Source: a virus (lineage: Duplodnaviria; Caudoviricetes). From it: DNA of 31,097 nucleotides. Each line of letters begins with the position of its first letter. Position 1 is the stretch's first letter. Both the position numbers and the translations under genes were made by a program. Under the pieces are notes generated by a model that was not told the origin of the DNA, did no database searches, and saw only the letters and a list, made by a program, of their open reading frames with translations. Positions 5,709 through 15,521 of the stretch are shown here, piece by piece. The stretch spans positions 1 through 31,097 of the IMG/VR virus record IMGVR_UViG_3300049046_000027; one strand, written 5' to 3'.

Positions 5709-7454
5709 ATGTCAAATTTATTCAGGGATAATATTTATAATGAATTTCCTGATCCGAATAAACAGATTGAAGAGCTAGGAGAGCAAGTGGATAACGTGGT
5801 AGATCAAGCTAGCAACGCAGCCAGTGACCTAGCTCAACGTGCAGTTAACATCCTATACCCGCCCCCGCCTTTAGTAGCTCCAAAAGGAGACGGGGTGACA
5901 GATGACCGGCTAGCTATCCAAGCGATTATCGATAGTGGTGTAGCTGCTATATACGTTCCAGACCGTACATTTCTAGTCTCTCATAATGGTCAGACATACG
6001 CAGGCAAGGGTACAGGGGTAGGTTTAAAGCTACGATCTAACCTAAGAATTTACGGGGTTGGGACTATCAAATATAAAGGTGGTCAAGCAGGTAACCTAGC
6101 CGTTATGGCTAGCATTACCGACACTATTGAGAACTGTCATATCGAGGGTATTACTATAGACGGGAACAAAGCTAATCTCAATGCAGGAGCTAGCGTTTCT
6201 AATGCAGTAATGTTCGGTGCTAAGAACTGCTCCTATATTAACGTGAAGTCTATTGATGCGTCTTACTGCGGTTTAATGTTTCGAGGTGCAGGGACTGAAA
6301 ACAATATTATCGAACGTTGTAATGTGACCAACTCAAGCTATATCGGTATTCAATGTCAGAATCACAACATTGTTAAAATTCTCCATAATACAGTCAGAGA
6401 TAGCGGAGATAACGGTATTGACATCGAAGGTAACGATTCCGCAGGCGGACTACTCAACCGAGGTTATGGTAAGCAGATTATCGTACAAGGTAACGTTATA
6501 AACAATGCTAACTCGGGAATATTCGTCGAGAGCGCAGGTGAAGTTATTGTAAACTCTAACCATGTCTATAATACAAACGTAGGGGCCTTTATCAACCGTA
6601 TTAACTCAGGCAGTTATATGAATGGTATCACAAGTAATCACTTCATTAATATGCCTTGGCAATCAGGAGTAGCTTACAAAGTAGGGGACAGGATTGTAAC
6701 CGGAAGCAAGCTGTATGAGTGTACCGTGGCTGGTACAGCTTCTGTAGCTCCTTCTCATACGTCTGGAACAGCCTCAGATGGTACCCTGACATGGAAATGG
6801 CTACGAACGTTCCCGAGTAACTATGGTATGCGTTTTAATAACAACGTAGGGGACGGTCAAGTAGTAGGTAATCAAATTCGTGGGTTCCTCTATGGTGTTC
6901 GTTGTGTAAGTGCTGCGTCTTACCTAACCTTCGACGCTAACTACTTCAGTGACATTGAGAAATACTTGTTTGCACCTGCTACCGCAGCCAACTCCTTTAT
7001 TAAGTCACAGATAGGGGTTAACTACTACAGAGGTTCCCAAACCGGCGGTTTCCCTAAAACAATGGCCCCCACTACAGAATCCCCTAGCTATTCAAGTCGA
7101 GTGCTAAACGTAGGTATAAAGCCTGTTATTAGCCTAGAGACTAACGCTGTTTTACGAGATACTTTCTATTACAAAACAGGTAACACGGATAGTACTCGGA
7201 GCGGTTGGGGTGGGGCATACGCTATCTTCAATAGTGGGGAGACAAAAGTATATATCCCAGGAGCGGGTCTTGTAGTAGGGGAGTACATTAAAATTAACGG
7301 CACCTTTTACTATGTACAAGCTAACAGCTCTAGTGAAATCACGATCAGAACTGCCGATACTAAAGTAGCCGGAGACTTCACAGCTACCGTTAATGGCAAC
7401 TATTCGGTTCAAGTATACTCCGCAGGTGAATATACTGCATTAATAACTGATTGA
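5709..7454 (+). CDS. Pectate-lyase-3 / right-handed beta-helix protein (tailspike-like polysaccharide depolymerase) with an inserted carbohydrate-binding module
   Basis: KGDGVTDDRLAIQAIID motif, Asn-rich beta-helix repeats; RBS GGAGGT favours ATG 5709 over 5619. Confidence 0.85.
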   Translation: MSNLFRDNIYNEFPDPNKQIEELGEQVDNVVDQASNAASDLAQRAVNILYPPPPLVAPKGDGVTDDRLAIQAIIDSGVAAIYVPDRTFLVSHNGQTYAGKGTGVGLKLRSNLRIYGVGTIKYKGGQAGNLAVMASITDTIENCHIEGITIDGNKANLNAGASVSNAVMFGAKNCSYINVKSIDASYCGLMFRGAGTENNIIERCNVTNSSYIGIQCQNHNIVKILHNTVRDSGDNGIDIEGNDSAGGLLNRGYGKQIIVQGNVINNANSGIFVESAGEVIVNSNHVYNTNVGAFINRINSGSYMNGITSNHFINMPWQSGVAYKVGDRIVTGSKLYECTVAGTASVAPSHTSGTASDGTLTWKWLRTFPSNYGMRFNNNVGDGQVVGNQIRGFLYGVRCVSAASYLTFDANYFSDIEKYLFAPATAANSFIKSQIGVNYYRGSQTGGFPKTMAPTTESPSYSSRVLNVGIKPVISLETNAVLRDTFYYKTGNTDSTRSGWGGAYAIFNSGETKVYIPGAGLVVGEYIKINGTFYYVQANSSSEITIRTADTKVAGDFTATVNGNYSVQVYSAGEYTALITD

Positions 7455-7463
7455 CCTATCTTG

Positions 7464-7491
7464 AGACACCCTAACCGGTGTCTTTTTTTTT
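7464..7491 (+). terminator. Intrinsic terminator
   Basis: AGACACC-CTAACC-GGTGTCT plus T8. Confidence 0.9.
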
Positions 7492-7505
7492 GTTTACATA
7501 TCTTG

Positions 7506-7534
7506 TTGACTTATAGCCAATACTATGGTAAGAT
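7506..7534 (+). promoter_or_regulatory. Sigma-A promoter
   Basis: TTGACT-17-TAAGAT with extended TG. Confidence 0.75.
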
Positions 7535-7578
7535 GAAATCACATCAAATAAAACAATATTAAAGGAGATAATAAAAAA

Positions 7579-7845
7579 ATGACAAACACACCTAAGAAAT
7601 TAAAAAAATACAGACTAGATGCAGGGTATACAATTTACAGCTTAGCTGATCGAGTAGGTGTTCATTACTCTTCAGTTAGTGGTTGGGAAAATGGAAGAAA
7701 GAAACCTCGTATGGATAAGGTAGATGTTCTTGAGGACTTATTCGGTCATAGTCACCGTGAGTTATTTGCGGATATGAGTGAAGAAGAGATCAAAGAAGTG
7801 GAAGAAAGAATGCGCCAGAATCAATTTAAAAAAGTGGAGGATTAA
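7579..7845 (+). CDS. XRE-family HTH transcriptional regulator
   Basis: LKKYRLDAGYTIYSLADRVGVHYSSVSGWENGRKKP; RBS AAGGAG. Confidence 0.9.
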   Translation: MTNTPKKLKKYRLDAGYTIYSLADRVGVHYSSVSGWENGRKKPRMDKVDVLEDLFGHSHRELFADMSEEEIKEVEERMRQNQFKKVED

Positions 7846-7848
7846 AAT

Positions 7849-8691
7849 ATGACAAAAGAAATTATTAACGTTGGTTTATATGGAGGTAAAAGCATTTTCG
7901 GGGGCCGTGAAGCCCCCCTTGAAGCCTCTATCGTCTCTTGTGATGAGCACCACGAATGCTCGTTCTTTAAAGAAGGTACATGCCTAATGGTTAGATCCGC
8001 ATTCAGTAGAGGCTGTAACTATGGCTCTAGACAAACTGTTAAAGGTTATACAAGCCGAGCAAAGAAGTATCATCAGTTTAAAAACGAATGGGAAGGTCAC
8101 GAACAGTATAATAAACTTAATCACCCACCAGAGAAGCTGGGAATTATTGCAGATACTATTTACTTCCCTTACTCTTTTATTCAAATTAATGAAGACCTAT
8201 CAATCGAAGGGCCGTCTTTCGGAGGGACAAGAGCTGTTTATATTCCTAGAAGCTTATTCACAACTGACTTGATTAAACGTATTTGTACATTCAGACCGCA
8301 GGCGATTATGGGTGGAGAAATTACAGACTACCAAAAGAAGGTTGTTCCTTTATTTTTGTCACATTTAAAAGAAGTACTCCCGGCTCGCTATAAAGCGTTT
8401 AAAGAGGACTACCCTGAGCTAGTCGGTGAGATTAACTACGTCGGGCGTAAGGCAATTCTAAAGACTCTCAAACCGTCTAAAGTTAACTATATAAGTAAGA
8501 GCTACTCCGAGCTTAATCAAGAATGGTATTGGGATGGGGAACTTCTACACTATCAGAAGGGTTATGTTAGTAACTTAAATATGACAAACGATTATGAAGT
8601 AGAGCAGTTCGTTATTCGTCCGTCGGACAAGTCAACGGTAAAAATCACAAATAATGACCAGGTACAGGACTCTACGGTATTCCTGGATTAA
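7849..8691 (+). CDS. Hypothetical phage protein
   Basis: 280 aa ORF, RBS GGAGG, Cys cluster near the N-terminus. Confidence 0.8.
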   Translation: MTKEIINVGLYGGKSIFGGREAPLEASIVSCDEHHECSFFKEGTCLMVRSAFSRGCNYGSRQTVKGYTSRAKKYHQFKNEWEGHEQYNKLNHPPEKLGIIADTIYFPYSFIQINEDLSIEGPSFGGTRAVYIPRSLFTTDLIKRICTFRPQAIMGGEITDYQKKVVPLFLSHLKEVLPARYKAFKEDYPELVGEINYVGRKAILKTLKPSKVNYISKSYSELNQEWYWDGELLHYQKGYVSNLNMTNDYEVEQFVIRPSDKSTVKITNNDQVQDSTVFLD

Positions 8692-8701
8692 GGAGGACTA
8701 T

Positions 8702-8797
8702 ATGACATATAACGAGTACATTCATAACTTGACGCATTTAAATATAGCCTACACCCAATCAGTGTTAGAGCTATGGGGATTTAAAATTACATACTAG
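8702..8797 (+). CDS. Small hypothetical protein (31 aa)
   Basis: RBS AAGGAGG, MTYNEYIHNLTHLNIAYTQSVLELWGFKITY. Confidence 0.6.
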   Translation: MTYNEYIHNLTHLNIAYTQSVLELWGFKITY

Positions 8798-8810
8798 AAT
8801 CTACATACAT

Positions 8811-8841
8811 AAAAAAAGGCCACCCGATTAAGGTGGTCTTT
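8811..8841. terminator. Bidirectional terminator between convergent genes
   Basis: A7-GGCCACC-loop-GGTGGTC-TTT. Confidence 0.8.
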
Positions 8842-8842
8842 C

Positions 8843-9061
8843 TTATTCTGTAATCTTTGCAGACTCGATCAAACGAGGGTTTAAATATGTTGGAGCACCT
8901 GCTAAATCAGCTGCAGCGAACCCCTTTACCAATCCACCACGAGTCCCTAGGATACAGCTATAGATATAGGACTTCGGATCATCTGGAACCCCAAAACTGT
9001 TTAACTCCGAGGGATCCATAAAATACTTAGCGCCGCTTTGCATTGTCAACTCAATTGTCAT
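8843..9061 (-). CDS. Hypothetical protein
   Basis: 72 aa ORF, RBS AAAGGA. Confidence 0.7.
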   Translation of the reverse strand: MTIELTMQSGAKYFMDPSELNSFGVPDDPKSYIYSCILGTRGGLVKGFAAADLAGAPTYLNPRLIESAKITE

Positions 9062-9078
9062 ATGCCATTCATCCTTTC

Positions 9079-9405
9079 TTATTTACCACCTAATAAACCG
9101 AAGATGTATGTAATCAAACCACCTAAGAAAGCCATTAATGCGTTCTCTAGAAGAGCTCGTTGCTTATCGTTGGTCTTTACACCTTTTGCTTCCAGAAGTT
9201 CGATTTCTTTTTGGAGATGCTCAATACGGAAATATAGATGGGATTGTTTTTCTACCTGAATTGCTACTTCCTTATCAAGAGACTGTACGATATTCTTCAA
9301 TTCGCTTACAATTCCCTTTAGTTCAGCAACATCAGTATTCTGGTTCTGAACCGTGTCCTCTAAACCTTTAAGTCTTTCTATAATATCGCTGTTTTGGTAC
9401 GTCAT
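9079..9405 (-). CDS. XhlA-like coiled-coil protein with C-terminal transmembrane helix (holin/hemolysin-like)
   Basis: Heptad-rich N-terminus (IIERLKGLEDTVQ...), C-terminal ALMAFLGGLITYIFGLLGGK; RBS GAGGTGGGAG. Confidence 0.65.
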   Translation of the reverse strand: MTYQNSDIIERLKGLEDTVQNQNTDVAELKGIVSELKNIVQSLDKEVAIQVEKQSHLYFRIEHLQKEIELLEAKGVKTNDKQRALLENALMAFLGGLITYIFGLLGGK

Positions 9406-9426
9406 TAGGCTCCCACCTCTCTTTAA

Positions 9427-9780
9427 TTATAACAAACTACGTTTCTTTCCTTTATCGTCTAAACCTGTATCAAAGCTATCATAAAACTTCCCCAGCACAC
9501 TCATACCTATCTCATCTGCAATATTCACATAATCTGACTGCGTATCGATCCTAAATGTAGCCTTCCCATGCTCTTTTAAATCCAACTCAATGAAAACATA
9601 CTGATCTGCTGTCTCGTTCAAGCAGTACTTAAAATGAAAATCAATCAGTAAACCTAGATTAAGTAAGCGATGGATTGTGTATAGATGGAATACACTCCTT
9701 CCTCCGTGGACAAGCGTTCCTACTAGTTCCTTGAATTCTGACTTAATTGTACTATGGTACCTATTTTCCTTTATCATCAT
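9427..9780 (-). CDS. Hypothetical protein
   Basis: 117 aa ORF overlapping the upstream membrane gene. Confidence 0.7.
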   Translation of the reverse strand: MMIKENRYHSTIKSEFKELVGTLVHGGRSVFHLYTIHRLLNLGLLIDFHFKYCLNETADQYVFIELDLKEHGKATFRIDTQSDYVNIADEIGMSVLGKFYDSFDTGLDDKGKKRSLL

Positions 9781-10066
9781 TTTGATTCGACAACTCCTTT
9801 CTATGATTTACGGGTATTATAGAGATGATAATAAGCGCAATAAGAAATGCATTTTTTGCAAACAAGGAGCTGTACAATGAACCACCAAACAGGACAATAT
9901 CTGTTATAATGGAGATATAGGTAATCCCTAAGAACAGGGAGGACTTTAGTATCGTAAGCGGAAGCTTATGCTGTATAGCATGGTATAAGATAGCAACTGT
10001 AGTGATCGATAGATACCCTGCTAACAAGTAGAATAGAATAGTTAAACAAATAGAACAGACGAACAT
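9761..10066 (-). CDS. Membrane protein (about 3 TM helices)
   Basis: Three hydrophobic segments; RBS AGGGGG; late motif upstream. Confidence 0.75.
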   Translation of the reverse strand: MFVCSICLTILFYLLAGYLSITTVAILYHAIQHKLPLTILKSSLFLGITYISIITDIVLFGGSLYSSLFAKNAFLIALIIISIIPVNHRKELSNQNDDKGK

Positions 10067-10096
10067 ATACAGCCCCCTAACTTCCGATTCTCTTTA

Positions 10097-10143
10097 TAAT
10101 ATAGGACTTCTGAGTGGGCATTTCCGCTTAAACCCTTATATTA
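10097..10143. promoter_or_regulatory. Divergent pair of putative late promoters
   Basis: TCCTATATTA (-) at 10097-10106 and CCTTATATTA (+) at 10134-10143. Confidence 0.55.
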
Positions 10144-10171
10144 TAGTAAATATCCGATTGGAGGCTTGTAC

Positions 10172-10453
10172 ATGAGGAAATACAAACATATATGGATGAA
10201 GGTAATTCTAGTGGTGTTAGCCGAGACTGTAGCCATGCTCGTAAACCACGGATTCTCTACCTTCGTCCACCCGATTGAAAATACCATGAGAGCAAATGTA
10301 GTATCCGGAGCCATTCTCGCTGTTGTTGTCGTTTGGCTATATAACTACCGAGTGAAGAAAAAGAAGCAGCGACTAGAAGAAGAGCTAAAAGATTTAACAG
10401 ACGTGGTACTAAAAAACATACCCGATAGTAAAGACGATAACAGGAGAGAGTAG
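10172..10453 (+). CDS. Membrane protein, 2 TM helices with a charged C-terminal tail (holin-like topology)
   Basis: RBS GGAGG; two hydrophobic stretches followed by RVKKKKQRLEEEL. Confidence 0.7.
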   Translation: MRKYKHIWMKVILVVLAETVAMLVNHGFSTFVHPIENTMRANVVSGAILAVVVVWLYNYRVKKKKQRLEEELKDLTDVVLKNIPDSKDDNRRE

Positions 10454-10461
10454 GTGCAACA

Positions 10462-11043
10462 ATGTTTGGACTAACAGAGCACGAAATGGAATCTTATTTA
10501 AGTAGTATGCAAGCATTTGCTATCCAGGAGGCAGCACCTTCGGTAGTTGGTGGAGCAAAGTTTATGATGCCCGCAACACAAAAAGGGGAAAAGTTAGTCC
10601 CTGATTCAACCTTCTTCAAATTGCTAGTAACCGATATCGAAACGATTATTACATTAACAGCTACATCGATGGCCTATGAGTACGCACATCTTCAGCATGA
10701 AGCTAAATTAGACGAGCATGAGATTGTAAAGCACTTACATACAAAATATGACACCAACGTACTCAACCAATTTATCAAGTACGGGCTAGTATCTACAACA
10801 GATGTGATTCCAGATATCGTAGGAACATTAGTTTTAGAGCTTCCGTACATCTACGCAGAAGTAATGGAGGATGAAGAATTCGACGAGAAGGATTTTCTAG
10901 CAGAGCGTCTAGAAGCGTACGATGAATATTTGGATACAAACTTCTATACGGAAGAACCGTTCGAAGGATTGGACGACTACGACGATGAAGATTATGACGA
11001 AGAAGAAGACCTTGAATTAGAGGAAGAAGACTTTGAAGACTAA
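10462..11043 (+). CDS. Hypothetical protein with a highly acidic C-terminal tail
   Basis: 193 aa ORF ending DDYDDEDYDEEEDLELEEEDFED. Confidence 0.8.
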   Translation: MFGLTEHEMESYLSSMQAFAIQEAAPSVVGGAKFMMPATQKGEKLVPDSTFFKLLVTDIETIITLTATSMAYEYAHLQHEAKLDEHEIVKHLHTKYDTNVLNQFIKYGLVSTTDVIPDIVGTLVLELPYIYAEVMEDEEFDEKDFLAERLEAYDEYLDTNFYTEEPFEGLDDYDDEDYDEEEDLELEEEDFED

Positions 11044-11305
11044 GCAGGACATTGTAGATCAGCGTAAAAGCCTCTATCAAGATGCTGAACGCTATCACGA
11101 GTTCTTAAAAGGCGATAGGCGAGTTACAACCCCACGCGTATGTGGTGTATGTGGTCGCCCATTAGCCTCTCTAGTTCTAAATAAAAATGAGTACGTCACA
11201 ATCGTTCCTCACGTCCGATTCCATTTAGACAAGGTATTCCATGTAAATATTTGTAAGGATATACTGTCGTGTTACAGAATATTAAAAAGGAAAGGTGAGC
11301 TATAA
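11033..11305 (+). CDS. Small Cys-containing hypothetical protein
   Basis: CGVCG ... CKDILSC. Confidence 0.7.
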   Translation: MKTKQDIVDQRKSLYQDAERYHEFLKGDRRVTTPRVCGVCGRPLASLVLNKNEYVTIVPHVRFHLDKVFHVNICKDILSCYRILKRKGEL

Positions 11306-11306
11306 C

Positions 11307-11726
11307 ATGTCTATGGCAGATAACATTCGTAAAAAAGCAGCACAACGTAAAACTGGTGTATCGAGTGAAAGCGAAGTACGGGATATGTTCAACACGGTAG
11401 CCTCTAAGTCCCTGCTAAAGTTCCTGCAGCGGATTGACACAGGTGAAATACCAATTGACAACTACTCTGACTTTATTCGTGTGCTCGGTGCCTATAAAGA
11501 GCTTAACGGTATCTCAGAAGCGATGGAAGGTTCAGGAGGTCAATCTACTTTACCTGAGATCAACATGAAACAAGAGAAAGCGGTGGAGGATACGGTTGCG
11601 TCCGGGAAGCTAGTAGCAGATGAAGAAGGGCTGCTTAACCCGGATGATATGACCGAAGAGGACATGGCCGAGTTGCTTCGCCAACTAGACATCGCACAAA
11701 ACCAAGCAAACGAGGGGTCATTCTAA
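11307..11726 (+). CDS. Putative terminase small subunit
   Basis: Helical ~140 aa ORF whose stop overlaps the terL start (TAATG); assignment from synteny. Confidence 0.6.
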   Translation: MSMADNIRKKAAQRKTGVSSESEVRDMFNTVASKSLLKFLQRIDTGEIPIDNYSDFIRVLGAYKELNGISEAMEGSGGQSTLPEINMKQEKAVEDTVASGKLVADEEGLLNPDDMTEEDMAELLRQLDIAQNQANEGSF

Positions 11727-13525
11727 TGATTGTAAATCCTATTAGTGGTAAAAAGGTTTCCCACATTGCAAAACAAATGTTTGGACGTACGAACCTTACA
11801 AAAGAGGAACTAACATATGTACTAACAATGCTAAACCCTTCCTCGTACATCCTGAAGAACCACAAAGTTAAAAATCATCCTATCACCTTCCATATAAGTG
11901 GTAGAGATTCAACGAGGCAACAAGCGCACCGCCCTTGGCAGATCCAGCTCATAAACGATCAACATCCAAACAAAGCGGTGATTAAATCGCGTCAGCTCGG
12001 CTTGTCAGAGATTGGTGTAGCAGAAATGATACACTTTGCTGACTTACATAGCTACGCGGGTGTTAAATGTCTTTATACATTCCCCACAAATCGACAAATG
12101 AAGGACTTTGTTTCGACACGTATAAACCCGCTATTAGACTCAGGTTATTATGCTACTATCACAGATAAGAATATAGACTCGTTGGAGAAGAAGAAGATCA
12201 GAAATAGCTTTCTACTTTTCCGTTCATCTTCTAAAGGTGCGGCTGTAGAGGGTGTCGATATCGATTATTTATCACTGGATGAGTATGACCGTGTATCAGC
12301 TTCAGCAGAGATATCAGCTACAGAGTCTATGTCTTCGTCAAATTTCAAGATTCTTCGACGTTGGTCGACACCAACCGTTCCGAATTTCGGGATCCATGAC
12401 TTGTACGATAAGTCAGACCAGCACGTTTACATGCATAAATGTGACCACTGCGGGTTAGTGCAACAGTTAGACTACGAGAAAAATATTGAATGTACGGACG
12501 AGAGTGGTGTGGACTTAATCGCACAAACTGTTAAAGATGGTACGTTTAGATTCGTCTGCCAGAAATGCGGTAAGGTACTAGATCGATGGTATAACGGAGA
12601 ATGGGTAGCGATGTACCCGTCTCGTACAGCAGATGGTGGCGGAACTCGTGGATACCTAATTACTCAGATGAACGCCGTTTTCATTTCGGCAGACTTACTA
12701 AAACGTAAAGAATTAGAAGCTAAGTCTAAACAGCATTTCTATAACTACGTTTTAGGGTACCCTTACCAGGATGTAGCGTTGGCCGTTCAAGACAACGATG
12801 TTTACAACAACATCCGAGAAGATCTACCAGGCCCGTTAATGGATAGAGGAAACTATCAATTTATCGCTGTTGGTATCGATTGGGGGAACAACCACTGGAT
12901 TACAGTTCGTGGATTCCGAGATAACGGTCTAGTAGATATGATCCGAATTTTCTCTGTACCTCGTGCAAGAGGTGTAGCGAATATTGAGGCGGATTTAGAA
13001 CAGATTATCAACCAATTGGTACCATACAATCCAGATATCATCTGTGCGGATATCGGAGACTCTGGTAACTATGTAGATAAGTTAATCCAGTACTTTGGTC
13101 GAGGTCGTGTTTACGGAGTTAAAGTTAACCCTAACCCACGTTCCACAGGCCAGATCAGACCAAAATGGTCAGAGCAAACTTCCCAGGTAACTGTAGATAA
13201 GCTTACACAGAATAAGCATCACATTTCTGATATGAAGATGGGTCGACTAGGTTTCTATCGCAGAGATCGAAACTTGGAACTTTACACCTCTCATTGGAAA
13301 AACGTAGTTATCCGAGATGAGGAAGATGAAAAGACAAACGAAATCTACCAGATTATTACCGACAAAGGCGACGATCACTTCGCACAGTCTTCTGTGTACT
13401 CTGCCGTAGGAATGGAGCACATCTTAGAGCCGTTCATTCTACAGGAACAAGAGAACGCATTTGGCTATACCACAGTACAGAATATGATGCCACAGGCGAC
13501 AGATATCTTCTCTCGTGGGTATTGA
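11726..13525 (+). CDS. terL: Terminase large subunit
   Basis: Walker A-like KSRQLGLSE, Walker B YLSLDEYD, STPT motif, nuclease AVGIDWG and GDDHFAQS. Confidence 0.95.
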   Translation: MIVNPISGKKVSHIAKQMFGRTNLTKEELTYVLTMLNPSSYILKNHKVKNHPITFHISGRDSTRQQAHRPWQIQLINDQHPNKAVIKSRQLGLSEIGVAEMIHFADLHSYAGVKCLYTFPTNRQMKDFVSTRINPLLDSGYYATITDKNIDSLEKKKIRNSFLLFRSSSKGAAVEGVDIDYLSLDEYDRVSASAEISATESMSSSNFKILRRWSTPTVPNFGIHDLYDKSDQHVYMHKCDHCGLVQQLDYEKNIECTDESGVDLIAQTVKDGTFRFVCQKCGKVLDRWYNGEWVAMYPSRTADGGGTRGYLITQMNAVFISADLLKRKELEAKSKQHFYNYVLGYPYQDVALAVQDNDVYNNIREDLPGPLMDRGNYQFIAVGIDWGNNHWITVRGFRDNGLVDMIRIFSVPRARGVANIEADLEQIINQLVPYNPDIICADIGDSGNYVDKLIQYFGRGRVYGVKVNPNPRSTGQIRPKWSEQTSQVTVDKLTQNKHHISDMKMGRLGFYRRDRNLELYTSHWKNVVIRDEEDEKTNEIYQIITDKGDDHFAQSSVYSAVGMEHILEPFILQEQENAFGYTTVQNMMPQATDIFSRGY

Positions 13526-13551
13526 AGTAGGGGTTTATACCTCTACTTTTT
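13525..13551 (+). terminator. Intrinsic terminator
   Basis: AAGTAGGGGT-TTAT-ACCTCTACTT-TTT. Confidence 0.8.
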
Positions 13552-13557
13552 CTTATG

Positions 13558-13586
13558 TTGACAGTAGGTTATACCTATGATATAAT
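13558..13586 (+). promoter_or_regulatory. Consensus sigma-A promoter
   Basis: TTGACA-17-TATAAT with extended TG; the spacer contains the palindrome TAGGT-TAT-ACCTA. Confidence 0.9.
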
Positions 13587-13609
13587 GGCACTAGAAAGGA
13601 GGAAATAAC

Positions 13610-14488
13610 TTGAAAAAAGCTAAATACACATTATCCGAAGAGAACGTAAATCTTCTTACACAAAGATTAATGAAAGCGTACCAGGAAGGTACCACAGAAA
13701 CAATGCTAAACGCAAACATCACGACTGACTTTATACATAAGATGACCGATGTTCATAATCTTACAGATGTAATCGACCAGAACGATAAGCTGTCTGAAGC
13801 ATACAGTGGTTTCTTGTCATTATACGGATTCAACTCGATGTACGATATGTATATGTATGCTAGAGCCTGTGAAGCCCTCCCAACTCCACTAGCTAAGAGC
13901 AAAGACTATAGTAAGCTTGTGCCCGTTAAGCGTAAAGTCATGCGTAATGGTAAGCAAGTAGAAGTAACGGTGTACGAGGATCCAAACAAAGGTGGTAGCC
14001 AACCGAACGAAGGAAACACCCAAGCTAAGAACGTTCCTGCGGCCACACACGCCCACGCACGAGAGCTAAAGGGTAAAATGCACGGTAAGGACAAAAAGCT
14101 AGATACAAAGGATATAGCGAAGCTAAAACAACTAGCTACCGATCTCCCAAAAGGTACAAAGTTTAACACAGCTTCAGACTACTTATTAAAGCTTACAGAC
14201 GCAAACGGACAGCTAGCAGGCGTAATCGGCTATTCTATCGAGGGTGATTATATCCGTATGGACTTTTACCGGAGTAACGGACAAGTTCCCGGTATCGCTG
14301 CACGAGGATTCTCTGAGCTTATTAAGCTAGCAATGGAGAAGCAAAAAGGTATGAAAGTATCCGATGATCCGCAAGCCAGACCGGTGTTTATCAAGTTCGG
14401 CTTAACTCAGGAAGATAGCGAGTGGTCTGTCGAATACAAAACACTAAAAGCCAATTTAGGTGAGAGCTGGGACAAGAGTGTACGATAG
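13610..14488 (+). CDS. Herelleviridae-type protein downstream of terminase (possible virion protein)
   Basis: 292 aa, RBS AAAGGAGG, TTG start; KDYSKLVPVKRKVMRNGKQVEVTVY motif. Confidence 0.75.
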   Translation: MKKAKYTLSEENVNLLTQRLMKAYQEGTTETMLNANITTDFIHKMTDVHNLTDVIDQNDKLSEAYSGFLSLYGFNSMYDMYMYARACEALPTPLAKSKDYSKLVPVKRKVMRNGKQVEVTVYEDPNKGGSQPNEGNTQAKNVPAATHAHARELKGKMHGKDKKLDTKDIAKLKQLATDLPKGTKFNTASDYLLKLTDANGQLAGVIGYSIEGDYIRMDFYRSNGQVPGIAARGFSELIKLAMEKQKGMKVSDDPQARPVFIKFGLTQEDSEWSVEYKTLKANLGESWDKSVR

Positions 14489-15146
14489 AATTTATGGTAT
14501 AATATTGTTAGGGGTAGCATGGTACACATGGTATCTAATCGCCTTGTTTTTTATAGTGCATATCTTAACTAAACGTAAAGAAAAACAATACCAGGCAGCG
14601 CTAGAGAGCGTTGTCGAGGAACTAAAAGATATATTAATCGAGGAGGAACCTACAATGAGTAAAAACAAATTAACTTTAACAGATCTACTGACTAGAAAAG
14701 CAACAAAAGAAGAGTATGAAGAAGTTGCAAGTCTACTAATTAAACTATTCCAGAAAGCTTACGAAGATGATAAGTACTTAGTAGTTAAGTCGGATGACGA
14801 GACTAAAGATACTAATTTTATGCAGATTGTAAGTCATCCTTCGGAGTGGCCTGAGCTACATAAAGAGATATTTAGTAAGGGTATGCGTTACGGTATTGAG
14901 ATGAAGGATTTACTTCCGGCATTCGTTGATAAAGTGTGCAAGGGTGAATTAATTGATCTAGGAGATAACGCTGTTGTTATTGATGATGACAATACAGGGA
15001 ACCCACCTACAGGTGTATCACCTATCAACTCGGGCCTAGAAGATAGTCAATTGTCTTGCATCATTAGCTTCATTAAACTAGAGAACTTACCTGAGTGGCG
15101 CTTAAACACATTCCCTGATCCAGAAGAAGAGGAAACAAATGAGTAA
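14478..15146 (+). CDS. Hypothetical protein with an N-terminal TM anchor and a strong internal in-frame start at 14655
   Basis: Hydrophobic N-terminus; GAGGAGG-8 nt-ATG at 14655. Confidence 0.7.
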   Translation: MYDRIYGIILLGVAWYTWYLIALFFIVHILTKRKEKQYQAALESVVEELKDILIEEEPTMSKNKLTLTDLLTRKATKEEYEEVASLLIKLFQKAYEDDKYLVVKSDDETKDTNFMQIVSHPSEWPELHKEIFSKGMRYGIEMKDLLPAFVDKVCKGELIDLGDNAVVIDDDNTGNPPTGVSPINSGLEDSQLSCIISFIKLENLPEWRLNTFPDPEEEETNE

Positions 15147-15474
15147 TCGTACCAAAGGGAAAACGTTACTCGAGTCGTTTAAGGAACAGGTAGTCAAATC
15201 CCAAAACAATAAAGCTTTGGGGAGGATGAAGACGGAACACTCTATCTTCATCCCTGCTCAGCTTATGCGAGATCAATCACAGGATACGAAGGACTTTATT
15301 CTATTCGCCAAGTTACTTCGTAAAAACACGGAGTTTAACTGTGAAGTAACAGCGGAAGAGAAACCAGCTAAGTCCTTGTCTGGTGCCGGAATCGAATTTA
15401 TTTTCGAATTTAGCGAAGATACAGATTTCGATGGCATTATTAGGGAAATTGAGGCCAGGTTAGCGAACAGCTAA
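15139..15474 (+). CDS. Hypothetical protein
   Basis: 111 aa ORF, RBS GAGGA. Confidence 0.75.
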   Translation: MSNRTKGKTLLESFKEQVVKSQNNKALGRMKTEHSIFIPAQLMRDQSQDTKDFILFAKLLRKNTEFNCEVTAEEKPAKSLSGAGIEFIFEFSEDTDFDGIIREIEARLANS

Positions 15475-15479
15475 TCCGG

Positions 15480-15489
15480 TCTTATATTA
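15480..15489 (+). promoter_or_regulatory. Putative late promoter for the endolysin
   Basis: TCTTATATTA. Confidence 0.55.
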
Positions 15490-15521
15490 TAATAGATTAC
15501 AAATTGAGAGGGGTAATTTAA

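Noticed and set aside
1408-13525. Portal and terminase on opposite strands as an inversion or misassembly
   Set aside because: As I recall, this divergent layout around the tRNA region is usual in Bastille-like Bacillus phages, and all genes are intact
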